Below are positions 24,510-32,000 of a DNA stretch of 32,000 nucleotides, piece by piece (the first letter of the stretch is position 1; every line of letters starts with the position of its first letter). The notes beneath the pieces are model-generated. The model was not told where the DNA came from and did not search any database. It saw only the letters and a program-made list of their open reading frames with translations. Origin of the DNA: Candidatus Saccharimonadota bacterium (lineage in GTDB: Bacteria; Pseudomonadota; Alphaproteobacteria; CAJXXZ01; 1604HC); assembly GCF_008189405.1 (NCBI RefSeq), contig NZ_CP043316.1, forward strand, positions 570,001 to 602,000, read 5' to 3'. The position numbers and the translations under genes were made by a program.

Positions 24510-26534
24510 ATGCCAAATGTGTCACTTAAATTTGATGTGCTACTTCCATATTCATGGACAAATGATGAACTATATACTTACAAATCAAATAAGCAAATAG
24601 AACCAGGAACACTTGTAAGCATTCCTATACAAAACAGAGAAATAATTGGATTGGTAATACGAAGATCAAGTGACAATAATTGTGTGAAAAATCTTAAAGA
24701 AGTAAAAGAAGTTCTAAATTATCACTTAAATGCAAAAACTATAAAATGGATGAATATTGCAAGTAAGTACACATTAATACCTATGCACCAAATATTAAAA
24801 ATGATTCTTGTTTCATATAAAAATAATAAGCCTGGGTATTTTGAAACAAACATAATTATAAATAATTTAGAGCCTGGCAAATATCCTTTAGAAATGCTTA
24901 AAACTAATTGGATAAAACTAAAAAAAATGATTAAGGAAGGAGAAATATCTGAAACTAAATTTCCAACTTCTTCAATCCCAATAGATGCAGATTTCTTTTC
25001 AGATGATCAAATATATGCAATTAATCAAATTAATCATATGGCAAATCAACATCATATTATCACATTACAAGGATCAACAGGGTCTGGAAAAACAAATGTA
25101 TATTTTGAAGCAATTGCCAAAGCTTTAGAGCAAAAAAAGCAAGTTCTTGTTCTTGTTCCTGAAATTTCATTAACATCTCAATTAATTGAGCGATTTCATG
25201 ATCGTTTCAAAGTATACCCATATAGGTGGTATAATTCATGCAAACAACCAATATGGGATTGGGCATCAAAAGAAGAGTCAGGTGTTTTAATTGGAGTACG
25301 TTCAGCATTATGGGCTCCATTTAATAATCTAGGATTAATTATTGTAGATGAGGAGCATTCTACAACCTACAAACAAGAAAATGGACCACGGTACAATGCG
25401 AAAGATATAGCAATACTAAAAGCAAAGTCTGAAAATATTCCAATCATTCTTGTATCTGCCACTCCTTCATTAGAAACACTACATAATATACAAACAAGCA
25501 ATTATAAACATATTCAATTAACTAGAACTATTCCACATAAGCTCAATATCCAACTAGTCAAAACAAAAACATGGATGTCTACAGAATTACAAAAGCATAT
25601 CCAAATTACTTTAAATAAAAAAGAGCAAGTGATGTTATTCTTGAACCGTAAAGGCTTTTCAACGCATATATATTGCAGTACTTGCTCAAACAGACTGCTA
25701 TGCAAAGCATGTACTGCTGGATTAATTTTCCATAAAAGCAACCATACACATTGTAGCTATTGCGCACAGAAAAGTGATTTACCTAGCGCTTGCCCTGAAT
25801 GTAAAGCAGAAGATTCATGGAAATTTTATGGGCTTGGGATTGAAAAAATACATGAAAATATACAAAAGCTATTTCCAAATAATATTGTATCTATTCTGAG
25901 TAGTGATACAACCGAAGTAATAGATGAAACAATGCACAAAATGGAAAATAGTGAGATTGATATTTTAATCGGAACGCAAATATTAGCTCAAGGATGCCAT
26001 TTCCCAAATCTAACATTGGTTGGGATAGTGCAGGGAGATATTGGAATTCATTCGGGGGACATTAGAAATACAGAGAGAATGTACCAATTAATTTCACAGG
26101 TAAAAGGGAGATGTGGGCGAGCGGATAAACCTGGCACTGTAATAATTCAAACTAGTGATGATTCTCACCCGCTTTTACATGCAATAGCCCATGAGAATGT
26201 AGATCATTGGCTTGAGCAAGAATTACAAATTAGAAAACAGCATAATCTCCCTCCATTTAGCAGAATTATTCGTATCATTATAAGTTCAAAATCTGCTGCA
26301 TTAACTGAAAAAATTGCTCTCAGTATTCACAAACCTAAAATTCCAGGAATTGAAATAATGGGACCTGCACCTGCACAGTTATACAAGTATAATAATGATT
26401 ATCGATGGTCATTTTTAATACAATATAATAAAAAGTCATTCCCACAGCTACAAATAAGCAAGTGGATTCAATCTATGAAATTACCAAAAAATATTAAGCT
26501 TACTATTGATGTAGATCCTCAAAGTTTCTTTTAA
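24510..26534 (+). CDS. priA: Primosomal protein N' (replication restart helicase PriA)
   Basis: Walker A GSTGSGKT, DEEH box, and the Cys-rich zinc insert CSTCSNRLLCKACTAGLIFHKSNHTHCSYCAQKSDLPSACPECK. Also helicase motif VI QVKGRCGRADKPG. 674 aa. Confidence 0.93.
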   Translation: MPNVSLKFDVLLPYSWTNDELYTYKSNKQIEPGTLVSIPIQNREIIGLVIRRSSDNNCVKNLKEVKEVLNYHLNAKTIKWMNIASKYTLIPMHQILKMILVSYKNNKPGYFETNIIINNLEPGKYPLEMLKTNWIKLKKMIKEGEISETKFPTSSIPIDADFFSDDQIYAINQINHMANQHHIITLQGSTGSGKTNVYFEAIAKALEQKKQVLVLVPEISLTSQLIERFHDRFKVYPYRWYNSCKQPIWDWASKEESGVLIGVRSALWAPFNNLGLIIVDEEHSTTYKQENGPRYNAKDIAILKAKSENIPIILVSATPSLETLHNIQTSNYKHIQLTRTIPHKLNIQLVKTKTWMSTELQKHIQITLNKKEQVMLFLNRKGFSTHIYCSTCSNRLLCKACTAGLIFHKSNHTHCSYCAQKSDLPSACPECKAEDSWKFYGLGIEKIHENIQKLFPNNIVSILSSDTTEVIDETMHKMENSEIDILIGTQILAQGCHFPNLTLVGIVQGDIGIHSGDIRNTERMYQLISQVKGRCGRADKPGTVIIQTSDDSHPLLHAIAHENVDHWLEQELQIRKQHNLPPFSRIIRIIISSKSAALTEKIALSIHKPKIPGIEIMGPAPAQLYKYNNDYRWSFLIQYNKKSFPQLQISKWIQSMKLPKNIKLTIDVDPQSFF

Positions 26535-26602
26535 ATTACTTAAGGTTTCTTTTAAGTTATTTAGAACCTAGTGTTGTTAACGTTCTATATATACACTATA
26601 AT

Positions 26603-27376
26603 GTGTATATGAATAGGATAGTAATTATATCTACATTAATAGCAGTGATGCAAATTTCTTCCATGAATCAAAGTATGATAGAAGAATATACAGTGTTTCA
26701 CAATGCTATGCAAGCTGTATGTGAATCTGCTACAAGATTAAAGGTACAAGAAAAAGAATTACATGCAAAGTTAGATACATCACAAAGCAAAGAAGAGGAA
26801 ATGCAGTTATTGCGCGATGAAAATGAGCAGTTGAAAGCAACAATCAATCAATTACAGCAGAGTGATACTGATAGCAAATCTAAAGAAAATGTAAAAGAAG
26901 CAAAAGAACTACGCGCCGCATTATCTCAATGGAAAACAAAAACAAAAGCAGCAAATAAGAATCTAAATGAAGAGCAAATAACATCTAAAACCTTAAGGGA
27001 TCATTTATCAAAAATAAACAAAGACTTGCTTGGTTCACAAACTGCATTTAAAGATCTACAAATCAAATTTAATAGTAATGATGTTGATTTACGTAACAAA
27101 AATAAAGAATTAGCAAATGAAAATAATAAATTAAAAGAACACGTTGCACAACTTCAATCATCTTTCAATGAGAACCATGAACTCATAGATACATTAGAAA
27201 GGCAAACACAAATGCAACACGATGCATTTAATAGTTTAAAAAAACAAGAGGAAGAATTAAGAGACAGATTTAGAAAGTTATACCATGATAACAAAATAGC
27301 ACAATCAGAAAAAGCAGAATTACAAAGCATAATTGAGAAATTGCAGGACACAAATAAAGAAGAGACTGATAAGTAA
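26603..27376 (+). CDS. Hypothetical coiled-coil protein with an N-terminal signal/anchor segment
   Basis: MNRIVIISTLIAVMQISS is followed by ~230 aa of heptad-like K/E/Q/L-rich sequence. No family recognised. Confidence 0.5.
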   Translation: MYMNRIVIISTLIAVMQISSMNQSMIEEYTVFHNAMQAVCESATRLKVQEKELHAKLDTSQSKEEEMQLLRDENEQLKATINQLQQSDTDSKSKENVKEAKELRAALSQWKTKTKAANKNLNEEQITSKTLRDHLSKINKDLLGSQTAFKDLQIKFNSNDVDLRNKNKELANENNKLKEHVAQLQSSFNENHELIDTLERQTQMQHDAFNSLKKQEEELRDRFRKLYHDNKIAQSEKAELQSIIEKLQDTNKEETDK

Positions 27377-27654
27377 TTAATGCATATGTAATATATATAA
27401 GATCATATGAAAAACGAATCTAAAATCACATGAAGCATAACTTAAATTAGTTCTACTTAATTAAGAGACCTAACTATTGATTATAAAATCACACAACTTA
27501 TTAACTGAATTATATTTACTTAATATGTTAAAACCATTACTACTCAGAACACAAACACTACATCGCTATATATTATATATACTTATAACATATCGTCTTA
27601 TATAGCATTTATTATATTATGAATTCACTAAATATAAACTTTATTAATTATAAA

Positions 27655-28401
27655 TTATAACTTGCTTGATTTTTTATTTTTCTTCTTAGTGCTTACTGTA
27701 ATATCCAATAGCATTTTATCTTTAACATATGTATAAAGCTCTTCATAAAGCTCTTCAGAATGATCAGAAAAATAATGATCAGACCCATTAATGCATTTGT
27801 AGTCAATAAATGCATTTTTCTGACATGATAATAGATCAGGCAATGATGAAACAAACTCTGCATCTACTGTATGGTCATGCTCTCCAACTATGAACATTCC
27901 ATTAGGGCAAGGAGTTAACATGTTCAAGTTTTCACTTTCTTTAGGAGGACTGATTGCAATAAAACCATTAATGTTAGGTCTCCTCATTACAGTTTTCATG
28001 CAAACCAATCCACCAAAACCAAAACCTGCCACCCATACATTTGCTAAATTATCATGTTTATCTAATAGCCAATCTATTGCATCAAGGGCATCATCAACTT
28101 CTCCTACTCCTTTATCATATTCTCCTTGAGATCTACCAACACCTCTAAAGTTAATTCTTAACACATCAAAATCTAATTCTATAAATGCATTACCTATAAC
28201 TTTTACAATTTTATTATTCATTGATCCGCCATGTATTGGATCTGGATGCAGTATAAGAACAACAGATTTATTATGGAAACTACTTACATCATGTTGATAA
28301 TATTTCGCATCAATAGCTCCATGCTTTCTTTGGATCATAATATCAGAATATTTTTTAACAGACTTCGAATCCTTATTAACAACCATAAACACCTTTAACA
28401 A
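27655..28401 (-). CDS. Alpha/beta-hydrolase-fold protein (nucleophile elbow reads GFGFG rather than GFSFG)
   Basis: LILHPDPIHGGSMNNKIV...LRINFRGVGRSQGEYDKGVGEVDDALDAIDWL...VWVAGFGFGG...GSDHYF is the pattern of a widespread small alpha/beta hydrolase family. The N-terminal start is uncertain. Confidence 0.7.
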   Translation of the reverse strand: MLKVFMVVNKDSKSVKKYSDIMIQRKHGAIDAKYYQHDVSSFHNKSVVLILHPDPIHGGSMNNKIVKVIGNAFIELDFDVLRINFRGVGRSQGEYDKGVGEVDDALDAIDWLLDKHDNLANVWVAGFGFGGLVCMKTVMRRPNINGFIAISPPKESENLNMLTPCPNGMFIVGEHDHTVDAEFVSSLPDLLSCQKNAFIDYKCINGSDHYFSDHSEELYEELYTYVKDKMLLDITVSTKKKNKKSSKL

Positions 28402-28606
28402 TTAGCATAACAAAATACACTCCCACATTTTAACAATTAATTCATACTCAATCAAGCTTTTGATTGACATTTAAATAATAATTAAATATTCAAACTGTGC
28501 AGCCAATATATTTTTATATTGTGTAATATATTTTCTAAATGCACATGTGTACGCTTGCTGATTGAATAAAGTATATAATTTATGTAAAATTCTTATAGGA
28601 GAAATA

Positions 28607-30043
28607 GTGAAAGAAATTAAAAATAGTGAAAAAACTTCTACAAATAATATTAATGACATTGGGGCAAAATCCGATATGTGCTGTGATCATAACTCAGTAG
28701 AAAAATGTTGTGATAGCAGTTCAATCGAACAATGTTGTGATATTGATTCAATAAATAATGAAAATAAAGCATGCTGCTCAAGTGAAGCTACATGTAAACC
28801 TTCATACTTATCTACAAATCAATCAAATTCAAGCAATGCCGTATATTTGGATTACAGCGCTACAACACCATGTGACCCTAAGGTAGTGGATGCGATATGT
28901 GAAAGTTATCAATGCTTTGGTAATCCTCATTCAATAACCCATCAATATGGATGGGATGCTACGGATCTTGTTGAAACTAGCCGTAAGAAAATTGCAAGCA
29001 TTATCAAATCTGATTCGAAAGAGCTAATATTTACTTCTGGAGCAACAGAATCTAATAATATATCTATTCAAGGCGTTGTGAAAAGCAGGCAAGAGAATGG
29101 GGTAAGTGATATGCATATCATAACCACAAATATAGAGCACAAAGCCACTTTAGAAACATGCCATGAACTGGAACAAAATGGGATCAAAGTAACATATCTA
29201 TCAGTTGAAGCAAATGGATTGCTAGATTTACAAAAATTCCATGATGCTATCCAAAAAAACACAGTATTAGCATCTATAGGATGGGTAAACTCAGAGCTTG
29301 GAACAATTCAACCGATTAAGGCCATTGGTGAAATATGCAAAGAAAAAGGCATATTACTACATGTTGATGCTGCACAAGCATTAGGTAGAATCAAAATTGA
29401 CTTAAGTGATATACATGTAAATTTAATGAGCTTTTCTGCCCATAAATTCTATGGACCAAAAGGAATAGGCGCACTATATATCAAAAGGAAAACTAAAGTT
29501 TCTCCTATTGTGTTTGGTGGAAGACAAGAAAAAGGAATTAGATCTGGGACAGTTCCTGTACAACTATGTGTTGGAATGGCAAAAGCAGCAGAAATTGTAG
29601 AAGAATCACGCGAAGATGAATATGTAAGGATGCAAAGATTACAAAAGAAAACCTTAGATCGCATCACATCATCCTTGGAAGATATATATGTCAATGGAGA
29701 TTTGGATCAAAGAGTTCCACATAATATGAATATTAGCTTTGCATATATCGAAGGGGAAGCATTGATGATGAAATTGAAAAATTATGCTATGTCATCTGCT
29801 TCTGCATGCTCATCAACTACATTACAACCATCTTATGTGTTAGATGCGATTGGAATAGATGAAAATCTAATTCATACATCACTAAGGATTGTAATGGGAA
29901 GGTATACAACTGAAGAAGATATGGATAATTTTACAAATGATATTATAAAAGCTGTGAATGACTTAAGAGATATGAGCCCACTTTGGGATATGAAGAAATC
30001 AGGCGTTGACCTAAAGAAGGTTAAATGGCATACACACCACTAA
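28607..30043 (+). CDS. iscS: Cysteine desulfurase IscS with a Cys-rich N-terminal extension
   Basis: VYLDYSATTPCDP, PLP-lysine segment FSAHKFYGPKGIGALY, catalytic loop SSASACSS, and C-terminal WHTHH. The track ORF starts at a TTG (28562). GTG 28607 is preceded by aggaga. The first ATG is 28676. Confidence 0.9.
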   Translation: MKEIKNSEKTSTNNINDIGAKSDMCCDHNSVEKCCDSSSIEQCCDIDSINNENKACCSSEATCKPSYLSTNQSNSSNAVYLDYSATTPCDPKVVDAICESYQCFGNPHSITHQYGWDATDLVETSRKKIASIIKSDSKELIFTSGATESNNISIQGVVKSRQENGVSDMHIITTNIEHKATLETCHELEQNGIKVTYLSVEANGLLDLQKFHDAIQKNTVLASIGWVNSELGTIQPIKAIGEICKEKGILLHVDAAQALGRIKIDLSDIHVNLMSFSAHKFYGPKGIGALYIKRKTKVSPIVFGGRQEKGIRSGTVPVQLCVGMAKAAEIVEESREDEYVRMQRLQKKTLDRITSSLEDIYVNGDLDQRVPHNMNISFAYIEGEALMMKLKNYAMSSASACSSTTLQPSYVLDAIGIDENLIHTSLRIVMGRYTTEEDMDNFTNDIIKAVNDLRDMSPLWDMKKSGVDLKKVKWHTHH

Positions 30044-30266
30044 AAGGGCAATTAGCATATACATCGCTAATTTGCACACCATTCCAATTTGTATGCACAC
30101 TAGATTTACTATGTAAAATTTGTAATAAAATACATAAGAATTTAGAAATTACAAAAACAATCAATATGATAAGTTATATGAAAAACGCATATAATACAGT
30201 AAATAATATAAATAGAGCAAGCATAGCAAATATGAATATAAAGCATGATGAATATAGGAGGGAATC

Positions 30267-30662
30267 ATGAATAGATACAACGAAAAAATAAATGAAACAT
30301 TTAAGAATCCAAAAAATGTTGGATCAATGGATGAAACAGATCCAACAGTTGGGGTTGGATTTGTTGGATCACCAGGATGTGGAGATGTATTAAAAATTTA
30401 CATCAAAGTTGATGATGAAGATAGAATTACTGACGTCAAATTCAAAACATTCGGATGTGGATCTGCAATTGCATCTAGCTCTGTTTTGACTGAAAAAGTA
30501 ATAGGGCTTAAATTAGAAGAAGCAAAAAAAATCACAAATAAAGATATAGCAGATGAGTTGTCATTACCACCCATCAAAACACATTGTTCAGTTCTTGCTG
30601 AAGAAGCAATTACAGAAGCAATCGCAGACCTGATTTCTAAAAGATCTCAGCAAGCTGTATAA
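30267..30662 (+). CDS. iscU: Fe-S cluster assembly scaffold IscU
   Basis: GSPGCGDVLK, FKTFGCGSAIASSS and THCSVLAEEAI carry the three conserved Cys ligands. SD aggaggg upstream. Confidence 0.93.
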   Translation: MNRYNEKINETFKNPKNVGSMDETDPTVGVGFVGSPGCGDVLKIYIKVDDEDRITDVKFKTFGCGSAIASSSVLTEKVIGLKLEEAKKITNKDIADELSLPPIKTHCSVLAEEAITEAIADLISKRSQQAV

Positions 30663-30753
30663 TAGAGCTTCATAAAGATGTACAATGAAGTGATGGGTGT
30701 TGTTAATTCACTTACCAACACCATAAATATAAATCAATACAAAGGAGAAAATC

Positions 30754-31149
30754 ATGAGCTGTTCTAGCAACACTACAAATATTAATAATGTAAAGATAAA
30801 ACCAGAAGATATCACTCCTCCAATAATCTCAGAGAAAGCTGCTAGCAAAATCAATGAGAAATTCGAACAATATGCTGAGAAAAAAGGCCAAAAACCAGTT
30901 GGCATAAAAATCAATGTTGTACGAGATGGTTGTGCTGGATTAGCATATGGAATGGAATATGTATTCGATATAAATGATAATGCATATATTACAACGAATG
31001 GTATAAAAGCTTTCATGGATGATCATGCATTAGAAATGCTATCAGATGCTACAATTGATTACCATGAAACAGAAAGTGCATCAGGATTTGTATTCAACAA
31101 TCCAAATGAACAGTGTAAATGCGCATGTGGGAAATCATTTAGTGCTTAA
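30754..31149 (+). CDS. iscA: Fe-S cluster insertion protein, IscA/HesB (A-type carrier) family
   Basis: GCAGLAYGMEYV and the C-terminal CKCACGKSFS (C-x-C-G-x-S-F) signature. SD aaggaga upstream. Confidence 0.88.
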   Translation: MSCSSNTTNINNVKIKPEDITPPIISEKAASKINEKFEQYAEKKGQKPVGIKINVVRDGCAGLAYGMEYVFDINDNAYITTNGIKAFMDDHALEMLSDATIDYHETESASGFVFNNPNEQCKCACGKSFSA

Positions 31150-31735
31150 TCCAAGAATAATCAAAGGAATATACAGAATGAAACAGATTCCTGTGATTCA
31201 ACCTTCCAGACCACCATTAGCAAGAATCAGAAGAATCATATTTGATACTCTCGAACATCGACATAAAATGGTTAAGGTCCTAGATTTATGCTGTGGCAGT
31301 GGTTCTCTTGGGTTAGAAGCATTATCAAGAGGAGCTTCTGAAGTTGTTTTTATAGATAAAGATGCAAGCGTGATACAAAACCTAAACCAAACAATTAAGC
31401 GCTGGCATATCCCTACTGACATAGTAAACCCTAAAGCAAGAACTTATGTTTGTGATGCTACAAGGGTTAAAATCACTGAATGTTTCGATACCATATTTGT
31501 AGATCTACCATTTCTACACAAAAAAGAGAATATTATCCTATCGAATATTTTAAGTAATAATTTGGCAAATACAGATTCTATCATTGTTGTAAAATCTATA
31601 AAAAATCACCACTATAACCATGATGGATTTGAAGTGATTAAGCAAAAAGATGAAGGCCGATCAAGTGTTATATTTTTTAAACGTAAAATTGAGCTAGATA
31701 TTGAAAACAAGCAATTTGAAAAGCAATCTATTTAA
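31142..31735 (+). CDS. rsmD: 16S rRNA (guanine966-N2)-methyltransferase RsmD family
   Basis: RIIKGIYRMKQIPV...RPPLARIRRIIFDTL, the SAM motif VLDLCCGSGSLGLEALSRGASEVVFIDKD, and the conserved D-P-P-F-type motif here reading VDLPF. The homologous N-terminus begins right after GTG 31142, 8 nt before the iscA stop. In-frame ATGs at 31046 and 31106 would give long overlaps with iscA. Confidence 0.8.
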   Translation: MLNPRIIKGIYRMKQIPVIQPSRPPLARIRRIIFDTLEHRHKMVKVLDLCCGSGSLGLEALSRGASEVVFIDKDASVIQNLNQTIKRWHIPTDIVNPKARTYVCDATRVKITECFDTIFVDLPFLHKKENIILSNILSNNLANTDSIIVVKSIKNHHYNHDGFEVIKQKDEGRSSVIFFKRKIELDIENKQFEKQSI

Positions 31736-32000
31736 CCATAAGAATAGCCTTAATCCTTAATATATACTTAAATAATTTCTATGGCGTCATAGCTTTTTAT
31801 TAACATGGCCTTATATAGCTTGATTTGTTTTCAGTAACAAATATTATGATCATATAGACTGATATAATCTTGTTGATTACACTTTAGATTAATGTATGCA
31901 TTCCTTCTTTCATATTTATTGCATATGAAAAATTATTTCCTCACGTGCTTGGATATTTTTCTGAATATTATGTAAGAAACTTAAAATTAACCTGCCTTTG

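Noticed and set aside
30025-30270. An 81-aa ORF filling the 223-nt iscS-iscU spacer.
   Set aside because: It overlaps the iscS stop and the iscU start, has no SD, and has AT-rich junk-like composition. The spacer itself remains unexplained, but I saw no structured element in it.
1-32000. A scan for CRISPR arrays, transposases/IS elements, integrases, prophage genes and rRNA.
   Set aside because: I saw no regularly spaced short direct repeats and no ORF with transposase, integrase or phage motifs. I also saw no rRNA-like sequence. The only large repeats are the gene-family copies described above.

Overview
AT-rich (about 30% GC by eye), tightly packed bacterial chromosome segment. I called 28 protein-coding genes and one tRNA. 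All protein calls come from reading motifs in the ORF-track translations; no database search was possible.

Gene content points to a host-dependent, probably intracellular bacterium, possibly Rickettsiales- or Holosporales-like, though I cannot place it from sequence alone. It has a Tlc-type ATP/ADP translocase and two leucine-rich-repeat (LRR) proteins. The housekeeping genes are compact: asd, dapB, uppP, pyrG, secG, cca, tatD, priA, iscS-iscU-iscA, rsmD and tRNA-Cys.

The accessory part is the most interesting. An orphan type VI secretion spike gene (vgrG, 14020..17025, minus strand) is translationally coupled to a MORN/YwqK-like repeat protein. This pair is bracketed by two inverted, outward-facing paralogues of a signal-peptide-bearing protein family I do not recognise.

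That family is modular:
- a conserved leader and signal peptide
- a hypervariable, charge-swapped segment
- a conserved core of about 150 aa
- a C-terminal module of about 140 aa

The C-terminal module occurs three times in the window: 2..490 (+), 11992..12462 (-) and 18323..18754 (+). It appears once fused to the rest of the protein, once as a separate cistron with its own Shine-Dalgarno (SD) site, and once running off the window edge. Copies 1 and 2 form a near-perfect inverted repeat of about 0.5 kb around 11.4 kb of housekeeping genes.

Other points of interest:
- an LRR gene split at an A9 tract
- a TPR-lipoprotein fused to a secretin domain with no partner secretion genes nearby
- a Cys-rich CCD-repeat extension on IscS
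- a two-domain S1-like protein
- an alpha/beta hydrolase lacking its nucleophile serine

I saw no CRISPR array, transposase, integrase or rRNA.
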